Positions 1 through 7,970 of a stretch of DNA of 24,829 nucleotides are shown piece after piece; the stretch's first letter is position 1; every line of letters starts with the position of its first letter. A program made the translations under genes and the position numbers. The stretch covers positions 1-24,829 of IMG/VR virus record IMGVR_UViG_3300028283_000029; one strand, given 5' to 3'. Origin of the DNA: a virus. Lineage: Duplodnaviria > Caudoviricetes. The notes beneath the pieces are model-generated. The model ran no database searches, was not told where the DNA came from, and was given only the letters and a program-made list of their open reading frames with translations.

Positions 1-131
1 TTGACAGCGATGTTTTGTTCATAGGCCAAAATTGAGAAGTAATAACTCTTCTGCTTTTTCACTTCATACCATGCCTCCAAGAGAACATCGTAATCGCACC
101 ATTTGGCTTTTAGTCTTCCAGGTCTACCCAT
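1..131 (-). CDS. DGR reverse transcriptase, N-terminal fragment (continues beyond window start)
   Basis: ATG at 131-129 opens MGRPGRLKAKWCDYDVLLEAWYEVKKQKSYYFSILAYEQNIAV.., open to the window edge. It resembles the N-terminus of DGR RTs (D..NL..A....K.K......FE.NL..NL pattern) and sits directly after TR, where the RT lies in BPP-1-type cassettes. Catalytic motifs are not visible. Confidence 0.8.
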   Translation of the reverse strand, partial: MGRPGRLKAKWCDYDVLLEAWYEVKKQKSYYFSILAYEQNIAV

Positions 132-147
132 ATTATATAAAAGCGAG

Positions 148-184
148 GTGGCCAGACTTTCGGACTTCCTACTCGAATGACCAC
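148..184 (-). ncRNA. Structured spacer of the DGR RNA between TR and RT
   Basis: Minus-strand GUGGUCA (184-178) pairs with UGGCCAC (154-148), 7 bp including one G-U, enclosing AGUA-GG-AAGU-CC-GAA. Confidence 0.45.
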
Positions 185-289
185 GCTCTTAGATTTCTGT
201 CGTTGTGAGACAAGGATGATGCTCCCTTTTAACGATGGCCCACTCCGGCGTCCCTTGAGATTCCGGCTCACGGCCCTGGTGTTAAGAGT

Positions 290-401
290 CTGCCACGGAA
301 CGACACATTTCGATTTGAGTTATTCCGATTGTTATTCCAATTGCGCGCGCCCACCCCGGCGTAATAATTGTTATTCCAATTGAAGAAACCGAGGGGCGCA
401 A
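290..401 (-). repeat. DGR template repeat (TR)
   Basis: 112-bp ungapped match to 873-984 (offset 583) with 15 mismatches, all at TR adenines on the coding strand. In the target frame TR reads APLGFFNWNNNYYAGVGARNWNNNRNNSNRNVSFRG, with 12 AAY codons. Confidence 0.96.
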
Positions 402-416
402 AAACATATTCAAGCA

Positions 417-758
417 TCACCCTGTACTTTGGACTTTCATCCAGGCACCAAGCATGCGACCCACCTCATCAATATTGAGTTGGCTTACACGATGCTTTTG
501 CTGGTCGATGTACTTGAGCTCAAAGGCCAGATTGATCAGTTGTCTGAGCGTTTCATGCTTGACATCAAACTCCGAAAACGATGTTTTCTTGATGTACCGC
601 TTATTTGCGGCAACAGCCAGCTCCAGGATATCATAACCGAGTTCCCGGATTTTGGCTGCCAGCAAAAACTTCTCAAACTTTGGAAATTGCCTGAGCATGA
701 TATTGTTGTACAATATCATGTCCCGGATCTTCTTTTCGATGAGCAAGTATTCCGACAT
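417..758 (-). CDS. avd: DGR accessory variability determinant (Avd, four-helix bundle)
   Basis: 113 aa with FPKFEKFLLAAKI and C-terminal EVGRMLGAW, typical of Avd. Lies between VR and TR. Confidence 0.92.
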   Translation of the reverse strand: MSEYLLIEKKIRDMILYNNIMLRQFPKFEKFLLAAKIRELGYDILELAVAANKRYIKKTSFSEFDVKHETLRQLINLAFELKYIDQQKHRVSQLNIDEVGRMLGAWMKVQSTG

Positions 759-827
759 GGGCGCAAAAATAGGGCATTTCCTTTTAAGCGCAAACTTTTT
801 TCAAGATGTCAAAGAACAATATATGGG

Positions 828-851
828 GGCCACTCACTACCGCTCGTGGCC
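828..851 (-). promoter_or_regulatory. Hairpin/cruciform downstream of VR (candidate DGR target-recognition element)
   Basis: Minus strand GGCCAC-GAGCGGTAGTGA-GTGGCC, 5 nt after the target stop codon. It has a 6-bp GC-rich stem. Hairpins 3' of VR/IMH are known retrohoming elements. Confidence 0.65.
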
Positions 852-856
852 GACAT

Positions 857-2863
857 TTATCCAATCAAAAGGCTGCCACGGAACGACACAGACCGATATG
901 AGTTAGACCGACTGTAAGTCCAATGGCGCGCGCCCACCCCGGCGTAATAACCGTTAGGCCAATCGAAGAAACCGAGGGGCGCAAGTTGGTTAAGGATGTA
1001 GATATAACAATAGTCATTCCCCATCAAAGCAGTCCCTGGGCCATAACTATCCTTGCTCATGGGTAAGCCTGCAGCTGAGACCTTGTAGGCATTCGATGTG
1101 CGATCCACAGCACCTGAAAAGACCTGGTTTGATCCATTGCCATATAGTACCCCGAATTGACCACAGAAATCAACGTCAATCTCATCATACATGGCTGCCA
1201 CGCCGGTGGCACCCCAAAGATCTGTTGCCAGCGATACGCCTGAAGTGACGTTCTTCAGATCCACTGATTCCTTCAGGATGTAGAACTTGCAAGTAATGCT
1301 GGTCAGACCATTGGCATAATCAGCTGTTAAAGCTGAGGTGTCAACGTAGGCACCGGCCTTGTTTTTCAGTTTAAACGTGTTGCCGGAGAGATCGCTAATG
1401 GTAAAGATTTTGTCTTTCAGAAGCGTTGCCCACTCTCCAGTTAAGGATCCTCCAATCTGGACCGGCTTTCTGTTTGCATAGTTTGAATTGACTGCAACTG
1501 CATCGGTAACCGTCACCACTGCCTGTGCTGCCCTGGTGATGGCTGCAATGGCCTGTGCAGATTCGGCAATACTGGTGACACCCGGCAGGAATTCATATAA
1601 GTTGCAATCAATGGCCACTCCTGAATCCTGGCCATTGTGAGTGGTCTTATTAAAGGGAGTACCACCTCCGCATTTTCTTGCTTCACCTGGTGCAGTTTTG
1701 CTGCTCCAGTATGCATCATCACAAGCGGCATAAGTGACACCGCTATCATAATAGTCAACCCCGTAATAATTGTTGCCACGTGGTTCTGAAGGACTCACAC
1801 CGTTAAAGGCACAATTTGCTGTTCCGATTGCAGCCTGCTTGTGAATCTGAGTGACAAATCGCAGCCATTCAGCTGCAAAGATTGTCATCACATGATAGCT
1901 TGCACCACGGCTCTTGATCGCATCAACACTCCCAGCATAGATGTCAGCAGGTGATTTACCGTTGGCTCTGCAATTAGAGAAACTGCCCGCATACAGATTA
2001 TCGGTGCCCGGATTAAGCCTCTTCATCCCACCGTCTGAGCTGATTGGGTTGCCGAGCTTGATCGAACTGGCCACACCCTTATTAGCGAGGGATCCTGATC
2101 CATCCAGATCAGAGGCGGTGATGCCAGTTAGCGATGGTTTGAATTTATCCAGGAAGATACCTCTGTTGATCCTACTGCCGTTGATGAATACTCTGGGAAG
2201 GAAATAACCTGCAGCGTTGGCAGCGGCTTCATCCTTAAAATAGCCCTCCGGCTTAATATCGCCCGTATTGTCGGCGTTTTTCTTGCCCCAGGCCATTGGG
2301 TTCCACACCAGGATCGATCCATCATGAGAAACCTTATAATTGCCGTAATTCGAGGAGCTGATATCGTAGGTCCCGTTAATGGGCAGGACTTCTTCACCAG
2401 GATGCAAGGCATTATATGCTCCAAGCAGCTCGGGAGGGCAAATTCCAACCCCGAAACCACGTTTGCCTGGCTCTCCGATGTGATTCACCAGGGTACCGGT
2501 CTGAAGCATTACTTCGTTTCCGGTTGAATCCAGAACAAAAATCCTGCCTTCAGCGTCCAGACTTAGCCTGCGGATGCCTGCACCAGGTGAACCGGGTTTC
2601 ACAGCCCTCTCAATGAAGTCCCTATAAGCTGCAGACGATTCTGCACCGGTCGAGTCGGAATTTCTCCACTGAGCGTTTGCCACATCCCAGATCCAGAATG
2701 AATTTGTTGCTTTTACCATGGCGAAGTCGCCCGGATCCCCGACCGGCCTGAAGCCTGTCAGCTCACTCGAGGTTTCAAACGGAAGGCCGTCCTTGGTAAT
2801 ATAATGAACAAAGTCGGCCAGAAGCGTGCCGAGATTTACGATTTTACTTGTTCCTGTTGACAT
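857..2863 (-). CDS. DGR target protein, predicted receptor-binding/tail-fibre protein with C-terminal CLec-like variable region
   Basis: 668 aa, last gene of the tail module. It has TTHNGQDSGV..NLYE and a terminal VSFRG, as in CLec/FGE-type DGR targets. VR encodes residues near the C-terminus. Confidence 0.88.
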   Translation of the reverse strand: MSTGTSKIVNLGTLLADFVHYITKDGLPFETSSELTGFRPVGDPGDFAMVKATNSFWIWDVANAQWRNSDSTGAESSAAYRDFIERAVKPGSPGAGIRRLSLDAEGRIFVLDSTGNEVMLQTGTLVNHIGEPGKRGFGVGICPPELLGAYNALHPGEEVLPINGTYDISSSNYGNYKVSHDGSILVWNPMAWGKKNADNTGDIKPEGYFKDEAAANAAGYFLPRVFINGSRINRGIFLDKFKPSLTGITASDLDGSGSLANKGVASSIKLGNPISSDGGMKRLNPGTDNLYAGSFSNCRANGKSPADIYAGSVDAIKSRGASYHVMTIFAAEWLRFVTQIHKQAAIGTANCAFNGVSPSEPRGNNYYGVDYYDSGVTYAACDDAYWSSKTAPGEARKCGGGTPFNKTTHNGQDSGVAIDCNLYEFLPGVTSIAESAQAIAAITRAAQAVVTVTDAVAVNSNYANRKPVQIGGSLTGEWATLLKDKIFTISDLSGNTFKLKNKAGAYVDTSALTADYANGLTSITCKFYILKESVDLKNVTSGVSLATDLWGATGVAAMYDEIDVDFCGQFGVLYGNGSNQVFSGAVDRTSNAYKVSAAGLPMSKDSYGPGTALMGNDYCYIYILNQLAPLGFFDWPNGYYAGVGARHWTYSRSNSYRSVSFRGSLLIG
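873..984 (-). repeat. DGR variable repeat (VR)
   Basis: Encodes APLGFFDWPNGYYAGVGARHWTYSRSNSYRSVSFRG and differs from TR only at TR adenines (6 A>C, 5 A>G, 4 A>T). Confidence 0.96.
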
Positions 2864-2881
2864 TGGTTATGAGTTTAAAGA

Positions 2882-3208
2882 TTAAACGAGGAAATCGATT
2901 TTGCTGATGGTTCCTGCCTTGCCTGAACCATTAAGGACTGCGACCCTGACAAATATCCCAACCGGGGCAATGGGCCAGTTCCAGCTATGCGATGTCTTAG
3001 CAGGATCCACCGTTTGTACTGAACCAGGAACAACATCGAAATGCACACCGGCAACGCTCTGCTCCAGCTGCAGCTTCACGTCAGTTGCAACGATATCGAC
3101 ATACTGCGCCTGTATGACAGCGCATTTACCATCAGTAATCTGTACGGCATCAAAGGAGTGATTCCCGCCTGTGATCGCGTAATTTGGGGATTGTTTTATT
3201 AATGACAT
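2882..3208 (-). CDS. Small beta-rich virion protein, paralog of the C-terminal domain of 5409..5981
   Basis: 108 aa in the tail operon. Shares IKQ..Y...G..SFD.V, EQS..G..F, K.SH..N and GTI..I with the C-terminus of 5409..5981. Confidence 0.7.
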   Translation of the reverse strand: MSLIKQSPNYAITGGNHSFDAVQITDGKCAVIQAQYVDIVATDVKLQLEQSVAGVHFDVVPGSVQTVDPAKTSHSWNWPIAPVGIFVRVAVLNGSGKAGTISKIDFLV

Positions 3209-3239
3209 AATATTACGTTTTTACTTGTTTGTGTTCTTA

Positions 3240-4064
3240 TTAATGATCAGCATCAATTGCAGCTCCGCCACCGCCAGTTGGTAATCCCCAAAAGACTGAA
3301 TCCACGAAATTGATCAGATACTGGAATGATATATAATTTGTCACAGTAGTTGACGCACCGGAAACGTAGACATCTCCATTAGCCTTTATTTTCAATACAC
3401 CTGGTGCAATGGTACCGTTAAAAAAGAATCCCATTAAATCGCCAGTGGGCCTGTGACCTGAAGGCAGACTTGTAATCTTTCCCGCGGTGATACTTGCATT
3501 GAATGCGGCCAAAAGCATGTAATGACCCATGGTGTTCTTTTCAAGTTTTATCCCGTTAAAACCCGTGGCTGCAGCAAATCCGGTCAAATAGGAAAGAGTC
3601 TGCAGGCTCGTTAAATTCGAATTCAGTGTTATCTGGGAAAGTATGTAGGCACTTAGTTTGCTGATCATCGGCAAGGAATTGAAAACAATGCCACCCGAAG
3701 GAGGAGTGCTTTCATATGCAAATACATACCTTCTAATCTCCCATACATCATGGGTACTGCCATCTTTAAAACTTCTGTTTTCAGTAGTATCAATATCTTC
3801 GACCAGGTACAATCCCTTTGATTCATTCTCAGTGAAACTCACGGCAGGTACATAACAGATCTCTTCACCATCGAAGAAATACCCCTCAGTAACGTCAACC
3901 GTGCCCGCTACGGTGAGTTCCATGCCGCAAACGATGAAATGTGCCTCTGCGGGCAACAAGCCCGTTAAAACGGCTTTTAAAAGGGCTTTTTCCACGTTTT
4001 GAATGAACTCCCAGTCTGTAGTTCTGAGCGGCTGCCCGCCACTAATGCTTTTCAATATATCCAT
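3240..4064 (-). CDS. Baseplate-attached tail fibre/adaptor protein
   Basis: 274 aa after the baseplate wedge genes. The C-terminal ITSLPSGHRP...LKIKANGDVYV segment resembles the common LP.G.RP tail-fibre domain. Confidence 0.65.
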   Translation of the reverse strand: MDILKSISGGQPLRTTDWEFIQNVEKALLKAVLTGLLPAEAHFIVCGMELTVAGTVDVTEGYFFDGEEICYVPAVSFTENESKGLYLVEDIDTTENRSFKDGSTHDVWEIRRYVFAYESTPPSGGIVFNSLPMISKLSAYILSQITLNSNLTSLQTLSYLTGFAAATGFNGIKLEKNTMGHYMLLAAFNASITAGKITSLPSGHRPTGDLMGFFFNGTIAPGVLKIKANGDVYVSGASTTVTNYISFQYLINFVDSVFWGLPTGGGGAAIDADH

Positions 4065-4522
4065 TAGACAAGTTGTATTATGAACAATTTACCGGCGAGC
4101 TTATATTTCTGAACATAAGCCGCGATCACGGCGCAAAAATCTGATATCGCCCTGGGAACCTGAACGACAAAATCAACAGTAACAGAATCCTCTCCACTAT
4201 AAACGAAATCATCAGGATCAACCATAAAAAAATCAATGTCAGCGGATGGCGGATCGGTAGAAAATACCCAGGGACCTAATTGATACCCTTCGACAATTTT
4301 GATATCTGTCCGGCCATACCTGGAATTGAGCAGCTTCTCGAGATAACACACCTGAGGTGTCATTTTTGCTTCTTTTAAACTTTGCGACCATAACTGGCGA
4401 AGCTGTTCCAATATCGCAGATAGATACGAAATGAATACTTTCACCCATGCAATGAACACCGGCCTTCGCCTGTTGTGCGGCAGCAGGATTTGAATAACCT
4501 TATATAATGAGAATCGAATCAT
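4064..4522 (-). CDS. Putative baseplate wedge protein (Mu gp48/P2 gpI position)
   Basis: 152 aa, overlaps its neighbours' start/stop codons and follows the baseplate-J-like gene. Function assigned by synteny only. Confidence 0.6.
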   Translation of the reverse strand: MIRFSLYKVIQILLPHNRRRPVFIAWVKVFISYLSAILEQLRQLWSQSLKEAKMTPQVCYLEKLLNSRYGRTDIKIVEGYQLGPWVFSTDPPSADIDFFMVDPDDFVYSGEDSVTVDFVVQVPRAISDFCAVIAAYVQKYKLAGKLFIIQLV

Positions 4523-5409
4523 TCAATACTTACGTTAACATTATCTACGAATGTATAGGAACTGTCGCTTGAAATGATGAAATATCCAGATACACTTTCA
4601 ACCTTCATATCAACCAAACTATAAGTACCTCCCGCAGGTTTGTGATATGCTGAATTCAATTTAACGTCAATTACTCCTTCAGCTCCCTGAATGGCATCGA
4701 TTAATTTAGAAAGCATGATCACACCATCAAACTCCAGGGCACCTGCATAAGCAGCGATGGCATCAGCGATTGGGAAAACCGATGCATCCCTGAGCAGCGA
4801 GTTATTTCCGGCAAGGACCAACCGGTCGCGGACAATAGTGATATTGATCTTCAGATAATCGGCTGCCTGCGAAACGATCTCAAGTTTCACCCCGGCATCT
4901 TTCCACTGCTTCCAAAACTCGGTGAATGTTGCTTTCTCCGTAACATCCAAAGCAGCTTTTACTCCATTCACCTCTTTGGCAACTTTTAAAATAACCTTTC
5001 CATCCCTCTCTGCAGCTGCCGCATATTTCACGATCTTGGATGCCTCATCGATCCGGTCGTAAACATACTGTTCCTCGATCCAGGTGAGGGCATATCCATA
5101 CTGAAACTTCTTACTCTCCTCAGCATACCAGCGCAGGGTATGAGGCTTTTTTGATGCAAGCAGATTGCTGATTTCCGTTTTATGGCTGTCAAACAATGAT
5201 TCGACAATCCAGGAACCCACTGCGAATACCCAAATCCAAAGCCGCCATACCGCAACTTTGCTCACTGAAGTAATATCAGCAAGCAGCGTCTCCCAGGTAT
5301 CCTGAACGCTATATGAGTTATTTGCGTCAACCACGTAATCATGCAGTTCCTGAAACGTCGATTTAACAACGTTCAAACGGTCGTATATTTCACTGATCTT
5401 GCGAGCCAT
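4519..5409 (-). CDS. Putative baseplate J/gp47-like wedge protein
   Basis: Probable start at ATG 5409 (MARKISEIY), which overlaps the upstream TGA. Contains SKVAVWRLW, PHTLRWY..FQYG and L.DAIQ..EGV.DV motifs, and lies in the baseplate cluster. Confidence 0.7.
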   Translation of the reverse strand: MARKISEIYDRLNVVKSTFQELHDYVVDANNSYSVQDTWETLLADITSVSKVAVWRLWIWVFAVGSWIVESLFDSHKTEISNLLASKKPHTLRWYAEESKKFQYGYALTWIEEQYVYDRIDEASKIVKYAAAAERDGKVILKVAKEVNGVKAALDVTEKATFTEFWKQWKDAGVKLEIVSQAADYLKINITIVRDRLVLAGNNSLLRDASVFPIADAIAAYAGALEFDGVIMLSKLIDAIQGAEGVIDVKLNSAYHKPAGGTYSLVDMKVESVSGYFIISSDSSYTFVDNVNVSIE

Positions 5410-5981
5410 CAAACCCTCCAAATGATTTCATCAATTGTACCTGTTGCTCCACTTACATCAACCCTGATCCTGGTATAGTCAGTTACAAGACCTGCGATGT
5501 TAAAGGTATGCGAAGGCTTATCTGCATCCAACTGAAAGGTTGCCCCGGTGATGGCTGAGAAGGATATCCCGTCGAGAGACTGCTCAACATAAACCCCAAC
5601 GGTCCCGGTCATAGAACTGTAGTTGATCTGCACGCTCAGTTCATCGCCAAGGTTTGCCAGTCGCACGCCATCAAAGGATGTATCCCCATCGGCCAGGTCG
5701 TAAGCAACAACTTGTTTTATCTGTATCATGTCATCCTGTGTTATGGAAATTTCTTCACCGAGTCCTGAAACTGGTTTAATATTGTTCCGGGTATAGTAGT
5801 CGAGTACTGAGGCATTGATTACTTTATCCGGGACCAGCACTTTGGTTCCTGGTGCAATGGCCATGTCAAGTCTCAAAAAGGCGTTAGAAGCAATGATATC
5901 GAACACGCCCTCGATGCTACCCATTTCCTGCAGTGCGATATCGAATATTGTTTGTCCTGATAATGCGATTACCGTCTTCAT
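5409..5981 (-). CDS. LysM/P2 gpX-like baseplate protein fused to a C-terminal beta-sandwich domain
   Basis: N-terminal GQTIFDIALQEMGSIEGVFDIIASN..PGTKVLVP is LysM-like. The C-terminal ~105 aa are paralogous to 2882..3208. Confidence 0.75.
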   Translation of the reverse strand: MKTVIALSGQTIFDIALQEMGSIEGVFDIIASNAFLRLDMAIAPGTKVLVPDKVINASVLDYYTRNNIKPVSGLGEEISITQDDMIQIKQVVAYDLADGDTSFDGVRLANLGDELSVQINYSSMTGTVGVYVEQSLDGISFSAITGATFQLDADKPSHTFNIAGLVTDYTRIRVDVSGATGTIDEIIWRV

Positions 5982-6271
5982 GCGTATTTTGCCCTTATCT
6001 TTAACTGAGTGCCTGATCTTAATTCCGAAATGCTTAAACCGTCTCTTATGAACTGCATCCTGATCTTGCGCAGCATATCGGTTGGATCCTCCTCATTTAT
6101 GAAATTGCGAAGCCCTACTCCGACCGTGGCTGATTGTTTATATTCACCCTCACCCGACTCAAGCAGATCCCCCTGGTGCTGCAGAGTGGCATCACCAAGT
6201 ACAAAATCCCCGGCTTTGCAAGCGAGATCACCAGTGATCGTATCAATCATTATGTCGGTTACTTTCGTCAT
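5978..6271 (-). CDS. Putative gp25/gpW-like baseplate (sheath initiator) protein
   Basis: 97 aa, coupled to neighbours, with GDF..GDAT.QHQ..LL...GEYKQ...GVG. Called from size and position. Confidence 0.6.
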   Translation of the reverse strand: MTKVTDIMIDTITGDLACKAGDFVLGDATLQHQGDLLESGEGEYKQSATVGVGLRNFINEEDPTDMLRKIRMQFIRDGLSISELRSGTQLKIRAKYA

Positions 6272-6490
6272 TTAACTCATCGTTCCAGTGCATGTTCCTA
6301 CATTGCCCCCGGCAGTACATCCACTTGCTGTGGTACCGGTAACGGTTCCTGATTTAACAAACAAGTCAATGGCATCGGCAATTTCTGATGCCAGACTCAA
6401 AAACGCCGCTTCGGGATTCGTGGTCTTCCCCTTAGCGGTAGTAAACGCCTGGTTAATATCCTGGATCAACTTTGCTTTATTGAGTGCCAT
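6272..6490 (-). CDS. Small baseplate-region protein
   Basis: 72 aa, translationally coupled (TAATG at 6490). N-terminus is helical and the C-terminus is Gly/Thr/Cys-rich. It follows the spike gene. Confidence 0.6.
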   Translation of the reverse strand: MALNKAKLIQDINQAFTTAKGKTTNPEAAFLSLASEIADAIDLFVKSGTVTGTTASGCTAGGNVGTCTGTMS

Positions 6491-7005
6491 TACTTAAATA
6501 GTTTAGGTATGCGTAAACTTAGATCTACAAACTCCTGTATATTAATCGGTGTTCCGCTGGGACCGGTACCCGTTGTTACCGTCAATTTCATAATTTCATT
6601 AACGAGGTCCGAAACAAGCGTTTTAAGGTTTTCCTGGTCGTTTTTGATGGTAAACTTTGCCCCCTCCAGATTGATCTCATTATTCTTGCTGTCGATGATA
6701 ACGGTTACCTTTTTGTGCTTGTACAGGATCTTCTCCGGATCATCCACTTTGCACACGAACAAATCACGTAAGTCACCATGATTCGCACAAACGACAACCT
6801 GGGATCCCACCGTGGGATAAATTACGAATTTGTCACTGGCTCCGTCGTCCGTTGCCTTCAGTCGTACTTTGGTTAGCTCCAAACCGCCGATATCCACACT
6901 GCAGGTATCCCCGGTTATTTTCGTCACCTTGGCATAAGCAAAGATGTCGCCGTCCGGTTTACGGAAACGCTTCAGTGATTCGATGGCCTGAGCACGCTTA
7001 TCCAT
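6490..7005 (-). CDS. Baseplate central spike (gpV/gp45-like)
   Basis: 171 aa with an OB-fold-like N-terminus (AKV..TCSVDI..VRL..PTVGSQVVV), a beta-strand-rich middle and TGTGPSGTPIN. Confidence 0.72.
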   Translation of the reverse strand: MDKRAQAIESLKRFRKPDGDIFAYAKVTKITGDTCSVDIGGLELTKVRLKATDDGASDKFVIYPTVGSQVVVCANHGDLRDLFVCKVDDPEKILYKHKKVTVIIDSKNNEINLEGAKFTIKNDQENLKTLVSDLVNEIMKLTVTTGTGPSGTPINIQEFVDLSLRIPKLFK

Positions 7006-7970
7006 TATGCTAATTTCCTTCCCAGTTCAACTTTCTTAGAAATCCCTGCCTCGCTTGCTGAGGTGGTTACCGAAACCACATAATAAGTTCCGGTCTTGTA
7101 CTCGTAATCCTTATCGATGATTTTGGCTGAATACCCTGGATGACATTCGGGAATAGCCCAGCCGGTGATTGCGCCTTCATAACCTGTAAAAACAACATAT
7201 TTAAGTTCCGCTTCTCCAAGTTTTCTCAAAGTTGCTGCATCAACAACCCCGTTTTTTTTAATGCATCTCTTTTCTCCTCCAGTAGTTCCAACAGTAACTA
7301 CGGTCCGCTTGCCATCAATCGATATCCCTTCGACTTCTATTTCACATTTCCGATCTTCTGCGCGTCTATATTTAAGATCACTCTTTTCTATATTGATAGC
7401 AAAATCGTATTTTACTTCTCCAAATTTTTCAATATATGGCGGATGAAAGTGAAGTTCATTCTCTTTCATGTAAACATTTCCCTTTGTTTCCTCTTGCAGT
7501 TTATTCAATACATCCCGGCCATTGGCTTTGCTGACAACAAACTTGTCATATTGAATTTCATAATCACACTTGAGGGTTATTTTCTGAGGGAGTGATTTAT
7601 TGACCTGGTCAACCACATACTGCGCTACATCCTTGCTGGTACAGTTTACAAATTCTTTATCCTTGACCGATACACGGGTCCTGTATATGCCATCTTCACA
7701 GGATAGGGTAATGGTGCCATCGTCTGTGGAAACGCTTTCTAAATAGCCTTTAAATTCAGTTTTAAGGCTATTGTCATACCCGAGTTCAATCAGCACTTCA
7801 TCCCCACACTTGATCTTGCCTTCAACTTCGAGCTGCTTGTTAAGTTTGGACCCAGGGAGTTTAATAATGGCCGTATCGCAGAGGATATCCACCGATTCAT
7901 GGATCTCCACCGATTCAAGGAATAGAAGCTTGAATTTCCCGATCTTTATATGCCAGTCAATATTATACAT
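7005..7970 (-). CDS. Baseplate hub (late control D/Mu gp44-like)
   Basis: Probable start MYNIDW at 7970, overlapping the upstream stop by 8 nt. Contains DTAIIKLP, GDEVLIELGY..EFKGY and CEDG motifs. Confidence 0.78.
   Translation of the reverse strand: MYNIDWHIKIGKFKLLFLESVEIHESVDILCDTAIIKLPGSKLNKQLEVEGKIKCGDEVLIELGYDNSLKTEFKGYLESVSTDDGTITLSCEDGIYRTRVSVKDKEFVNCTSKDVAQYVVDQVNKSLPQKITLKCDYEIQYDKFVVSKANGRDVLNKLQEETKGNVYMKENELHFHPPYIEKFGEVKYDFAINIEKSDLKYRRAEDRKCEIEVEGISIDGKRTVVTVGTTGGEKRCIKKNGVVDAATLRKLGEAELKYVVFTGYEGAITGWAIPECHPGYSAKIIDKDYEYKTGTYYVVSVTTSASEAGISKKVELGRKLA

Larger units (their letters stand above)
1..2863 (-). mobile_element. Diversity-generating retroelement cassette (target/VR - avd - TR - RT)
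   Basis: TR/VR pair with adenine-only mismatches, an Avd-like gene, an RT-like N-terminus, and a hairpin after VR. Gene order matches Bordetella phage BPP-1 mtd-avd-TR-brt. Confidence 0.95.

Noticed and set aside
328-382. 16-bp direct repeat ATTGTTATTCCAATTG (328-343 and 367-382), possible mini-CRISPR
   Set aside because: Only two copies, both inside TR. They reflect the repeated N-W-N-N-N codon pattern, and there are no cas genes.
177-917. Plus-strand ORFs 177..383, 429..917, 454..636 and 652..906
   Set aside because: They are antisense shadows of TR, avd and VR, with no recognisable motifs.
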